Below, piece after piece: positions 1 to 12,639 of a stretch of DNA of 64,000 nt. The translations under genes were made by a program, and so were the position numbers. This DNA is from Hydrolagus colliei. Lineage: Eukaryota. Location of the stretch: NCBI GenBank assembly GCA_035084275.1, contig CM068745.1, positions 53,072,001-53,136,000 of the forward strand. The letters are read 5' to 3'. Numbering within the stretch: the first letter of the stretch is position 1; every line of letters starts with the position of its first letter. Under the pieces are notes generated by a model. The model saw only the letters and a program-made list of their open reading frames with translations, did no database searches and had not been told where the DNA came from.

Positions 1-61
1 ATCTTGCTTTTCTTGTCAAATAATATAAAGGCACTTTCAATGTCCATTTGAAGATGAAGCT

Positions 62-240
62 CAACCAAAATTATATTTGTATAGCATATTTCACCGACTG
101 AAGGTGCGGTTGAATAGGAGGGTCTTGAGAAGGGCCTTGAAGAGGCAAGGGAGGGGGCGAGATGAAGGAACTGTGAGATGGAGTTTCAAAGGGAAGGGGC
201 AGAGAGGCTGAAAGCCTGACCATCAATGGTGGTCAAAAAA
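62..240 (-). mobile_element. Old L2 LINE 3' fragment
   Basis: Reverse complement of the L2 3' region (aaaattatatttgtatagc tail; gaggctgaaagcctgaccatcaatggtgg corresponds to the TIGxRAFS motif seen at about 5585). Confidence 0.65.
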
Positions 241-2998
241 AGGCAGATGAACCCTTGGTTTAATGCCTCATGTCGCCCCTCTGACAATATAGCCCTCTCC
301 TCGTACTTTATTGGAGTATTTGCCTAGAGGAGGAGCTCAAGCCTTAAATCGTGCCTTAAACCTACAACATTCTGCCACCAACTGAACTAAGATGGCACCA
401 TAAATGGAATGAAAATCTCTCTTCTATTTTCCCCATCTGTTTTTCTCTTCCAGATACCGATTTATGGTTCTGAATTCTTTAGATTTAATTACATTTAATG
501 TGGTTCAATATTGACACGAGGCAGCTGATAGGAAGTGTCCTGATTTTGTTGGATTAAGTTGCACGCTTGTTGTTCTGGGAGGCAATGAGGATAAAAGAGC
601 ACAGAGAATGCAAATCATGTTAAATGACAAGAAAGGACAGTGTGTAGGGAAGTCTTGCATTGCATTTGACCTTTGATACCCAGGGCCAATTGTAAAAAAA
701 ATCCAGCAGCCCATTTTTCTCTCCATAAATCCCACGGAAATTGATTGTTGTCTTTATCTCTGTGGAATCTGCCTAATCCAAAGCTTTAAAATAAAATTGA
801 AAGCTAAAGAAATAGGATGAAATAAGATATCAGAAATTGATTACAATCTCATCCCACTTATACCGAAATGCGAGCCTGGAGTATGTAAGCAGGTCTCCTT
901 TCCATGAAGTTTGCACGTTTGTGAATGCTCAGTTATTGTTCTTCTTTCACCCTCTTTTGGTTGCTGGAGGCTGCATTCAAATGTAAGTATTGTAGTTTAT
1001 TTTATTCAATCACTTCCTCATTAAATCTGGTTTATTTAGCTCTATTAGCACAAAACACATTATAGAACAAATGAAATATTGAATTACAACACGTTACATA
1101 TGTGGTTAAAGACTCTAAAGATGGTTTCAATTTGAATATATTAACTTTTACACACAAATGGATGGTGGGTATTGGAGCCTGATTCCTGTGTTGCTCAGCA
1201 GTGAGAGAGCAAATAGACAAGGAACTATCACGACATAAACATATCCCAGATCAAATTCAGTATATATTTTTTAATTCAGCAAATGCAGAGAAATAATAAA
1301 ATGTTCTGTAATGTGGCTTACATTAAAAAAAGGATGATGAGTAATTTGTTTGATTTTAATCATGTCTTGTTACTGTGATGTACACAGTGATAGTGGATAC
1401 AACCCCATAGCTTGGTGAATAGACAATTGATAGAAAGTAAGTCAATTCAATGCCTTTTGAAATGATTGTTGTTTCATAGAAGCTCCAGATGGCTACATTG
1501 TCAACACCGTCTGCCTTTATAAATAAAATTGAATGTTTAGCTGCTTCTTATTGATAATGAATATGGGCGGAAAGACCTGCAGGCTTACTCGTTTCACAAA
1601 AATTGCCTTCAGATTTTAGTGACATTTTTGACGGATTTCTCAGACCTGGTAATAACCTGCCTCACTGCTTCAGTTCTATCAGTGGAGAGAAAGCAGAAAA
1701 TGTAAGCATCCTTCATCTCTCACCTTGATGAGCAAAGTGCGTAAGAAATAAATCAGTGAAATAACTCAGCCGGTGACCATGGATGTTATTAGATTCAAAT
1801 TCTAGAACATAACATACCATTTGCTGCACACATAACCCATAAGGTATTTAGCAAGCATGTTTGGGCCTGTACCCTATTATTTCTAGTGGAGAAAAAATAC
1901 CATGCCTTTTTAAAACTAATGTTCATTTCAACAACAATCTGGATTTATATAACGCCTTTCATGTGGGATAGTGTCTCGGATCGCTGAAATGTTGATTTTC
2001 TTACGAAGGTTATACTTAATATTTCATCAGGAAAGACCTACCCTTTCACTGTTTTTGTGTCTTATTAGGTTATGTATCATAATGTCTCGAAGTGCTTAAC
2101 CATGATTTACTGTAGAATCTAATGACTTTGTAATTTGTGGGTGAACACATCGATCAGTTTGCACATAAACAGCCATGAATTGAACATGATTTGGTGGATC
2201 ATTGGCCAGGACACCAGGAGAACCTTCCTTCTCTTTTTGAATAGTAACATGTTATCTCAAATCATCCACCTGAATAATCCAATGTTCTCTTTCCATCCCA
2301 GCTAAAGAGGCATTGACCTTTACTGGGACTTACTGCAATGTTTCAATATTGTTGCTAAAATTATGTTCTGCGCCAATGATGGTGGCTATATTGGCAGGTG
2401 GCTGCTTAATTTAATGCTGGTTCTGTTTAATTGGAATAGACATTTGTTGATTCGAAGACAAATTGGCTGCCTTGTCAAGTTGACCACAAGGACAGCTTAC
2501 ACTGTAATCATTGCAAGTTAAATGTGTTGAGTCCAACTAATGCACCAAGCTGCAAATCATAGATCATATCACTGGGACTATCAACAATCTTTTGTAGGAC
2601 CCTTCAGTGAAATAAATCTCAATAATATTATAGTAGCTATCCTGTAACTTAGTGAACAATCTTAACAGCCTTTAGGTGTTTAAGTGTTTATTCTTAATCA
2701 ATATAATTTAAACCTTCAGAGCTTGGTTGTAATCTGCAGTACATCAGGTTTGTTCTGTTTCAGAATAATCAAGATCAGTAGCATAGCTAAGAATGGAAAT
2801 TTGGTTGGGCACCAACGTATGTTGGTGAGCAATGACCAAATTTTCAACTCCTAGATCTGCCACTGATTCTCCCCAAGTTTTGCAGCCAGTGTTTTCCTGT
2901 AATTCTCCTGCTATCTCATTTGAGTTGTTAATCTGGCCAAGCAGACTACGGCAATATTTTGCTGCTTGCTGGAAAGTGCTAAACACTGGATTTGCACC

Positions 2999-3160
2999 CA
3001 AAAACAAAAGTTGCTGGAAAAGTCCCTTCGTCAGGACTGGAAGGGTTGTAGACCTGAAACGTTGACTCCTTTTCCTTTCTCCATGGATGCTGTTTGACCT
3101 GCTGAGTTTCCCCAGCAACTTTTGTTTTTGTTTCAGATTCTCAGCATCTGTAGTATTTTA
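2999..3160 (+). mobile_element. Penelope-like terminal-repeat remnant with inverted partial duplication
   Basis: Perfect 19-bp inverted repeat at 2999-3017 / 3112-3130. The gacctgaaacgttgac...gatgctg...gacctgctgagttt...ccagca...tttcagatt..cagcatctg motif has a related reverse copy near 62840-62970. Family assignment is from recall. Confidence 0.55.
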
Positions 3161-3550
3161 TGTTTTGTTTATTGGATTTGCAGGTTTGGTCATGTAGAAA
3201 AATTGAGGGTTGTGCTAACCATGTGCGAATGCATGAAAATTACAAGTACCTTTAATTATCACAAATGATTCTCTAATACCTAGTTGTTAATTACATAATT
3301 GAAGGCATACCGTTAATCTAAGCAACACATTTTGCAAATGGCTTGTTAACCCAACACACATGTTACAACCCAAAGTGGTATTCTGCTCTCCATGTAATGG
3401 ACCTCTGAAGCATTACCCTGAGTGAAGGCAGGATATAATTACAAGTTGTTGTATATGGAATGATTTGCTTTTTTTTATATTTCCCTTCTAAAAATGTCAC
3501 TTGGTAACGTATTTCTATAAATATACTTTTGAAGAATAGTGTGGCGTTCT

Positions 3551-3898
3551 AATGCTTGCATTTGCCATAGTGCCTTTCACGTCGGAAGGATGTCCTAAAG
3601 TGACTGTGACTGTGTATTTTTGTTGGTGAATGTGGCAGCCCAATTGCACACAACAATGCCCCATAAACAGCCAGTTTTGTAAATGAATGACCAGTTTTAT
3701 TAGGTAGATCATTGGGCAGGACACCGGGAGAAACTTTTTGAATTGTGCCCCGGAATCTGTAATGTTCACCTGAACAGGCAAGACGTTTCCTCGGTTTAAC
3801 GTCTCATCCAAAGGACACCAACTCCAACAATGGAACCTATATCCAGGACTGCCTTGAACCTTCTGTCTCAGAAGCGAGAGTGCCACCACCAAACCAGC
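3551..3898 (-). mobile_element. SINE with tRNA-like head, Deu-type core and L2-like tail
   Basis: Contains cctcggtttaacgtctcatccaaaggac and ttgaaccttctgtctcagaagcgagagtgc (reverse of core and head) and gcatttg..atagtgcctttcac (reverse of tail). Dispersed homologues occur throughout the window. Confidence 0.75.
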
Positions 3899-4701
3899 CT
3901 GATACATTAACATTAGGTTGAACCATGGTTTAAATTAAACTAAAGTTATAGTATAGTTGTAGTTAACTGGAAGAACAAGTAAAGCGGCGTCCCTTATTCA
4001 AGTTTGCATTGGAAGAGATCAAGACATTGACAGCATGTCTTGACAGAGACTAGTTAAGCCGTTAGAAATTTGTAGAGAGAAATTCACAAATACCTTCCGA
4101 GGTAGTTTGGGTTGTTCAAGGTGAGAGATGTCAGTGCTTGGAGTCAAACTCTTCACTTCAAAATTGTGAGATCAGTGTCAAGCATTCCCAGGTATAGTAT
4201 AATGTAGGCTTGAACCTCAGCAAGCTGCAGCTACTTTGTCTCAAACACATGTCTCATACATGGGCTTCTTTGCCTGAGATGATTAATTTAATGAGAAGTT
4301 GAGTAATAGTTAATAGGCTTAAAGTTTCTAAATTAAATTCACATAAGACATTTTAAGCTGGTGGATGAAAACAAAATTGTTGATTCTATCAGTCTGGATC
4401 AGATTCAAACGCATGACCTAGAGGTAGAGGAGCATTCTGCCAACTCACTGGTCTAGTTAGTAATACGCCTTCTTTAAAAATTATGTTTAGAAATTCTTAA
4501 TGATACAGAAACTGTGGTAAGCTTCCAAGGGGGAAGTTTCATGAATACAAAGTTATTGGAAAAAAATACATTATTTGCTTTTTTATTTCCCTGATCTGCA
4601 AAGTTCACAGTCACTACACTTTACGATAAATCCTATGAGGTGCTTTGTGGGATACCTTGTGACGTTGATGGGAGCTGTATTAAATTCAAGAATTACTATT
4701 A

Positions 4702-6447
4702 CAGGTAAACCTCTATTTATGATGGGGTTGCATTCGTGAAAAACTGTATCTAGATCAAAACTTCCTAAATCGAAACACGATTTCCCATGCAGTCCCATTA
4801 TATAACCAGAGGTGCGTTCTTTTCACCAAATTTTTGGACCTTAAACCCACTAAATAACACACAAAACCACACAACATAACACACAAATTAACACTCATAG
4901 GCAAGAAGGGGTACTTGGGGTAACTGTACAGTATTATACTTTAATACTGGCAAACTTTAATACAATACACTACTGGCAAACTTTAATACTGGCAGTGTGA
5001 CAGTGGCAGTGGTACTTGCGGCTTCCCCATTCATCTTGATGTTGGGGATCCCATAGCGATTTTTAAACCTTTGAAACCACCCTTTGTTAGCACTGAAACA
5101 AAGCCAATCAGGAACCTCGGCATCATGTTCGATCAAAAACTCTCCTTCCTCCCCCACATCCGTGCCTTGACCGGCACCGCTTATTTCCACCTGCGCAACA
5201 TTGCCAGGCTCCGCAATTATCTTACCCCCCGTGCTGCCGAAACACTCGTGCACGCGTACATCACCTCGAGGCTGGACTATGGAAACTCTCTCCTCGTCGG
5301 CCTCCCCAGTTCCTCCATTCACAGGCTGCAAGTCATCCAAAACTCTGCAGCCCGTGTATTATCCCGCACCCGCCTCCGCGACCATATAACCTCCACCCTC
5401 GCCCGTCTCCACTGGCTCCCCATTATCCAGAGGATCGAGTTCAAGATCCTCGTCCTCACCTTCAAGGCCTTACACGGCCTTGCCCCGCCCTATTTAACCA
5501 ATCTACTCTCCCCCTACAAGCCCACCCGGACCCTCCTTTCAACAGGACTTGGTCTGCTCCAAGCCCCCCGCCCGAACCGCCCCACCATCGGAGACCGGGC
5601 CTTCAGTTTCTCCGCTCCCACCCTATGGAATACCATCCCCCAATCCCTCCGTCTCGTTTCTTCCCTTTCCTCTTTCAAGGCCGGTTTGAAGACTTTCCTC
5701 TTCGACCGTGCCTTTTGTTCCCCCCCGAATCTTTCGACCTCCACTTCGTGTCTCACCCCTTCCCATACACTCCCCTCCCAGCTCGGGTCACACGCCTCCT
5801 GTGCAGCGCCTTGGGACATCCTCCCGACGTGAAAGGCGCTCTATAAGTGTAATTTGTTGTTGTTGTTGTTGAAAGATGATGCCTTTGAGCCTTCTCCTTC
5901 CTGATCATTTAACTCCCTAAACAATGATTTTGCCTTCTCATGGATAACCAGGGTATTGAGTGGTATATTACGCTGATTCTGATTCTCAATTCAATCTAGC
6001 TAGCCCTAAAGCCCTCCTGACGTCCGTACCTTTTTCACCAGAATCGATGTGCTTTATCACTTTCATTTTGGTATTTAAACTGATGACTTTGCAGGGTTTC
6101 TGGACGCTAGCGGTATTCCGCTGCTCATTTCATTTATTGCTGTCTCTTCCCAACTTGCTATAATCACGGTAGAGGCTGTAAATCGCTGACTTTTAAACAA
6201 TAACGTGGCGACATGCATGCTATTGGCCAGTTCACATGCTTGGATTTACCCATGAATGCACTATGGACTGTGCGTATGGAGAAAAAGGACAACTGCGATA
6301 TTCAAAATATGTACTGCACATGCGCAAAAAAACTTTTGGTCCTTAAAATGAATGCAAGTGTTGTATATTGATCAAAAGGTGTTAAAAAATTGTGGTCCTT
6401 CAATCGAAATGTCCTAAATAGAAGCGTCATAAATCGAGACTTACCTG
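4702..6447 (-). mobile_element. Internally deleted Tigger/pogo-like DNA transposon interrupted by an L2
   Basis: TIRs CAGGTAAACCTCTATTTATGATG / CAGGTAAGTCTCGATTTATGACG(rc) with TA on both flanks. Minus-strand transposase remnants: KVIKHIDSGEKGTDVRRALGL, IENQNQRNIPLNTLVIHEKAKSLF, FSANKGWFQRFKNRYGIPNIKMNGEAAS (CENP-B-type HTH). Confidence 0.88.
5099..5870 (+). mobile_element. 5'-truncated L2 LINE (ORF2 C-terminus plus 3' UTR)
   Basis: Open frame IRNLGIMFDQKLSF...HAYITSRLDYGNSLL...LQVIQNSAARVL...LHWLPIIQRIEFKIL typical of the L2 clade. (TTG)n tail. TGAAA on both sides is a possible TSD. Confidence 0.92.
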
Positions 6448-8641
6448 TATTTAAAAAACAATTTGCCATTTTTATTTCCGTCACCTGAGATCACTTCATT
6501 TCAATTGATTCAAAATTAATTTTGTAAACATAAGAGAGATAAAATGTCCTACAATTAAACCACAATAAAATTCTCAATAAGTCCAATATCATAACACAAT
6601 TCAAAGTGTTCTGCCTGTTCACCTCTCACACACTGAAACACATATGAAATAAAAATTGCAGCCTTTATTTTCAGATTTTGCCATTTATTTAAAGAAATCG
6701 CAGCCATGAATTGTATGAGTTATGAGCTATACGTACAAAAAAGCTGTCGTGGATACATTATAGCTGGTGGTTGTATTACACAGGTATTCTCTGTTGTTCA
6801 GATGATGTTCATTAACTATTCAAGATTCCCTCTTTAGATTTTAAGCATCATTTGAACCCCTGGAGTAGCTCTCACAGTTTTGAAATTCATTTGTTGCTAT
6901 CCACACATCTATATGGAAAATCTTTGGGTCTTACAGTACTTGAAAATATCCAAACTAAATTGTATTTTATATTTTTGCTGGTGTAAAGTGAGTTTTATTT
7001 AGCATTTATCAATGCTGAAACTGATAAACTCAGGGAAATCAAACAGGCAAAGGGTGCAGGCAAATTATTATTTCTCTTTAGTTTTGATAGTTTCAGAATG
7101 TTGTGGGCTCAAGCCTCATATCGTTACTTTGATCTCATCGTCTGGGCTGGCAATTCTGCTCAGTCCGGGGGTGTGCTGTGTTGTTAAAACAACAACAACA
7201 AAATTACATTTAAGGAGCACCTTTTACATTGGGAGGACAGTCAGGGGTCGGGACCCGAGCATAAAAGTGACATCCTTCGGTTGAGATGTTTTAAACCAAA
7301 AAGAAAAGCTAGAAAACCTAGCTGTCCTGATAAAATTGATCATTTACTTTATTCTTGTTTGTGGGATATCACTGTGCAAGTTGGCTGGTGTGTTTGCCAA
7401 TAATATACAGTCATTACACTTTACAGTAAATACTATGACTCGCTTTAGATTATTTTGACAATCTGATAAGGCCCTGTACCAAATCCAAAGTTTTCTTTTA
7501 TCAATCAAAAACTAGAAAAGTGCTAATTGCTCTGGTCCGGAGTCAATCATCAGGTGTAAAGAGAAAGAATTCCAAATGGATGAGAGCACTTACATTTGCC
7601 CCACAGCAGAAGAGTGAACCAAGATAAATGACCTGGTGCTAAGAGTTAATACTAGGGTGTTTTCTTGTGATTGTTCATTTCTATTTTATGTGTGGTTAAC
7701 AGATTTATTTTAGCAATTCCCCTGTGCTAGAAGGAGGGAGTTTAATCGAATAATCATAGTCATTGGAATAATTGTGTTACGGTAACGTTAGCCCCAGAGT
7801 GTTCATTTGGCTCATATAATTAGTTTGAAGTATAGTTGCAGACAAATATATGCTCTGTGGGCTTAAAAGCTATCATGAGGTCATGGTTGATGAACTCTTC
7901 ATTGTTATATCAGTCTATCACTTATTACAAAATTAGCCTTGACTGGGTGTTTATCAAGTGAATCATTCTTTAAACAGAAGCTTTTCATTCTGATTCAATC
8001 ATTTAAAAAAAAAATTCTGATACCACGTTCTTCGTCTAAGAAATCCAGAGGTAATATCCATAGGGCTTTTTAGAAACATTATTTTCTTATACCCTTTTAT
8101 ATTTCAGCCTTGTGCGAGTGAGTGTCAGAATCCAGTCACTTGAATGGATTTAATTTTGATCTAATTATTCAATCAAACGATAGTTATCCAAGGTCCGATA
8201 TAGTTAGATATTTGAATCGACATGATTAAGTAGTTGAACGCTCACTCTTTTAGCTATAAGAAACTATCAGGTTAAAACCATATAATGTTCAGGAAAAGAC
8301 AGATCTTAGTCTGGAGGCATTGTTCCTGTATTACTGAGGTTAATGTAATCACCATCAGTAGTCGTACAAAATTGAGCCATTTGCTTTGGATTTGTGTCAC
8401 GTTTACCATTGACAGGCAAATGGTAACAGGTCATTACAATCAGAACAAATTGTAACATTTAATCGCAACTTGTAAGTTTCTGTTTATAAATGTTTATAAC
8501 ATTATAAATGTTTATAATGAATAACTCAATTACTCAAACATGACAAAGCAAGCTCCCGCAGAACGGCATCTTTATCGGTCGAAATGTGAGGCGTGCTCTA
8601 GTTCATACTGTTGTGTTCTTAATACCACTGACAAAATACAG

Positions 8642-9050
8642 TAATAATAAAATAATAATCATTGCATTTGATTTAGTTCCTTATCAGGTTGGCTGGCAAG
8701 ACATCTCAAAGTGTTTTACAGGGTATTCTGTGAAGTGGATTGACTGTATTTTGTGGGAAAAACGTGGCAGTCTGGTTGTGTACAGCAATGTCCCACAAAC
8801 AGCCATGGAGTTGCTCACCAATTTTATTGGAGGAATGTTGGCTAGGGCACTGGGAAAAACTTCCTTCTCCCTTCTCTGTTTGAATAGTCCACCTAAACGG
8901 GCAGACAGGATCTCGGTTTAACGTCTCTTACGGAGGACGGCACCTCCGACAATGCAAAGCACCTTTAGCACTGCATTGGAGTTTCATCTTAAACTGTGTG
9001 ATTCCAAGTCCGGACATAGGGCTTCAACCCACAATCTTCTGATTCGGAAT
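8642..9050 (-). mobile_element. SINE (Deu-type core)
   Basis: taataataa...cattgcatttga tail, ctcggtttaacgtctc..acggcacctccgacaatgca core and gggcttcaacccacaatcttctgatt head, all in reverse orientation. Confidence 0.75.
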
Positions 9051-9274
9051 ATCTATTGAAATTGCCTTCTGAAATCACTTGGCCCTGATACTGTCACATT
9101 TGATGAAACATAAATTTAATATCCAGTTGTCCCTTCATGTTCTAAATAATATTCTATGGAGAGATGAGCCAATGAGAGTGATTGTCTGTCAAAGAGTAAG
9201 TTTAATCCATCTAAGGTTGTGTTTGTTTATCCTTGTACATCGTACTGCAGAACATATAACATGGTACAAGGTAA

Positions 9275-10440
9275 AACAACAACAACAAGTTTACATTTGT
9301 ATAGCGCCTTTCACATCAGGAAGACATCCCAAAGCGCTGGACAGTCAATATTTCAGACTCGAGCTACGGTCGGGATCGGGGAGAGTGAAGGGAAAGGAGG
9401 GGCTTTGGGGTGACTGATGGCACTGTCGAAGTGGAGGGACTTGAAGTGGGACTTGAATTAGTCTAGGGAGCAGATGAGGCAGAGGGACTGCAGGATGGTA
9501 TTCCAGAGGTTAGGGGCAGAGTGCCTGAAGTCTTGCCCGCCAATGTTGGGTGGGTCGGGGGACATGGAGCAGGCCGGATCCTGCTGAGCGGAGGGAGCGG
9601 GCAGGTTGATAGTGGGTTAGGAGGTCGTAGAGGTAGAGTGGGCCAAGGTCATGCAGGGCTTTGAAGGTGAGGACCAGGATCTTGAATTGAATCCTCTGGG
9701 TGATGGGGAGCCAATGGAGTTGGGCGAGAATGGGAGGGATGGGGTCACGGAGCTTGGTGCAGGAGAGGACACAGGCCATGGAGTTCTGGATGATCTGCAG
9801 CCTATGGAGGGAGGAAGTGGGGAGGCCAACAAGAAGGGCATTGGCATAGTCAAGCCTGGAATGTGATGAAGGCATGAATGAGAGTTTCAACCTGAGGTGG
9901 GAGGTAGTGGTAGAGTCGGGCAATGTTGCGGAGGTGAGGGAAAGTAGAGTGGGTCAAGGGTTGAATGTGCGGTAAGAAAGACAGTTGAAGATTGAACAAG
10001 ACACCAAGGTTCCTGACTGACTTGGTAAGGTGGAGTATGCAACTATGGAGGTTGATGCTACCAGTGCCTGATGTGTGAAGGTGTTGGCACGAGCCAATCA
10101 GGAGGACCTTGGTCATGTTGACATTCAATTTTAGGAAGTTAGCTCTCATCCAGGACTTATATCTGAAAAGCAGTCTGTCAGGACAGCAGTGGTCCTGGAG
10201 TCAAGAGTAGAGGCAGAAAGATGGAGTTGGATGTCATCCACATACATGTGTAAATTGACACTGTGTCTGCGGATGATGTCACCAAGGGGGAGCATGTAGA
10301 TATTGAAAAGTAGGGGGCCAAGGACAGAGCCCTGAGAGACACCACGAGTGACAGTGCGGGGGCTGGAGGAGAAGCTATTGGTGGTGTCAAAGTGGAGACG
10401 GTGAGAAAGCAAGAGTTGATCCAGGTGACGGCAGGTCCAT
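9275..10440 (-). mobile_element. L2 LINE fragment with frameshifted RT and C-terminus
   Basis: [21 protein letters not shown]...[25 protein letters not shown] and SRLDYANALL...LHWLPI across three frames. (AAC)n reverse tail at 9275. Confidence 0.92.
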
Positions 10441-12259
10441 GAAGATCGAGCAAAAGGATTTGTCGAGGGTTTTGCAGAGTGGAATGTAGTGGTTGAAAGC
10501 TGTGCCACTAAAGGTAGGATGGGATGAGGGGTGTACAACAGTTCTGAGCTCAAAGAGCAGCAAATCTAGGCTAGATCAACTAGATCATGTTTAACTAGAT
10601 CATGTTTAAAGAACCCACTAGCTATCGACGATAGTTTCTCCATATTTACCTAATTGAAATCCTTTGTAACCTCGATAAACACATGGATGCCAGTTACACA
10701 AGCTATCTGCTGGTGTCATGTAAACAGCCTGTGTTTTATATCTCGCCATGGAACTACTTCACTGTTAAGGTCCAATTTTTCTGAATACTTTTGTTCATTA
10801 AGTGACCTATATACTTTTGCCTTTTAACCTGTCCCACGAATCACCTGTTGCAGGTTTGTTACTAAACCAAAGGCCCAAATGTATTAAGAGTCTATTCTTA
10901 AAACATGACAATAAACTGATGGGTCAGTTTACTTCTACAGCTCAGCTATCCATTTCTGAAATACTCTGAACTTTCAGCAGTCCAGTAAGTTCTCTGTTGG
11001 TGTTTGATACCGGACTTCACCTGTTGAACCTCTGATGCAATGAGAAAGGCCCTTGCTGTTGTCCTCTGGAGTGAGTTACAGACCAATAATTATCTGGACA
11101 AGAGAAGTCTGTGATTTCTCATGGTCTTATTCTTTAAACTATTGACTTAAAATTTAGGATTGTACAGAACTGTCAAACACATTTAGCACTAATTTAAGAT
11201 ATTGGTTTTATCGAAGGAAAGTTAGCCTCAAAATAAAATGAGGTGCTAGTTTTTTTTTAAATTCAGTTGCCTTTGTTCTTGAATGGGGAATAGTTATGTA
11301 ATGTTTGTTAAAATATCATGATAACACTTGCATTAGCTGTACCTCTGCACTTGAGCAATTGTTCAAATTCTGTTTACTCCAAGTATCATTGCAGCACTGT
11401 TTTAAAATGTGATGCAATATTTCACTTGTACCCCTCAACAAAATGGAGCTAAGCCAGTTTATATTTAGTCTTAAACAAAAGGAAATCCGATAATTAAATC
11501 CATATAACTTAGTCCAATTAACAGTTAACTGGCTGATTAGTATTTGTTCAACTGATTTTTATTGATCCCTCAGAGCAGACCATTTATCTTATTGCACTGA
11601 ATTGGACTTTGTTGTAATTATGTTCATTCAGTGAAACCCCAAACCACAAAATACATATTTCCGCTGCTTCGTAACCAGTGTGCAAGCGACTGAATATATT
11701 CCTGAACATTTCCAGTGCATACTGTATCCCTGTTACACAGCTCATTACTCACACACATGTAATCCCTCAGACAACGAAGCTATAAGCTTATTGCCCTTGT
11801 TTTGACTCCTGTTTAGCAATGACTCAACTGTATTTCTATCAGGATCCAATTTGCTACATTCACAAAGGGGGTCGAAGAAGTGCTAATTTGAACCTCTTTG
11901 TCAGCCTGAGGTCAGATTGGGGCGCAGCGATTTCTGAAAACCACCAATGTGTCCTTTTAAAAAATGAAGAGGTCTGGAGAGTGTTAGCAGCTGGCTCTGG
12001 GTTGATGGTGTTCATTCTATGGCCATTTTTCATCTTTTTGGCAGCTTTCAGATATCATAAAGAACATTTGGTAACTCTTTTGAGAATATTGAAATTGCGA
12101 TCCCAATAAATGGTAAATATCTTCATTCTTCGAGACCAAGATAATTGCTAATTTAAGATAAGTCAGCAAACTCAGATGTTTTCGCCATGAGACTTACAAG
12201 CAACAACAACAAAATTACACTTGTATAGCACCTTTCATGTCAGTAGGACGTCCGAAGAT

Positions 12260-12639
12260 TAGTGCCCGGCGATATATTGATATATCGGTTATAACAATAT
12301 AATTTTTCATATCGATATGCCGATATTAGAAATTCAAATATATCGGTATAACGAAAAATTTGATATGAAAAAAATATATTGGTATATCGTAAATATCGGT
12401 ATATCGTGTCCGGCGATATATCGATATATTGGTATATATCGGTATAAAGCGAACTTTTTCAACTTACCTTGTCGCCGGCATTGCAAATCTCCTGGGCCTA
12501 GAGCATGGAATGCACGTGCACCTCCGAATGCGCGCGCATGCGCAGTATAAAAAATCCAGCGATATCGATATATCGGTATATATCAATATGAGCCCACCGA
12601 TATATCGATATTGGAAAATTTCCATATTGACGGACCCTA
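12260..12639. mobile_element. Non-autonomous hAT-like MITE (CGATAT-rich)
   Basis: Termini TAGTGCCCGGCGATAT / ATATTGACGGACCCTA. 8-bp TSD ccgaagat/ccgaagac. Second copy at 42224 in opposite orientation. Confidence 0.85.

Noticed and set aside
5071-5832. 253-aa ORF as a host gene or domesticated protein
   Set aside because: It is the C-terminus of L2 ORF2, 5'-truncated, with a non-ATG start borrowed from the Tigger antisense strand.
12260-12639. CRISPR-like or iteron-like repeat array
   Set aside because: Irregular 6-bp motifs inside a TIR/TSD-bounded element in a vertebrate intron, with no repeat-spacer periodicity.
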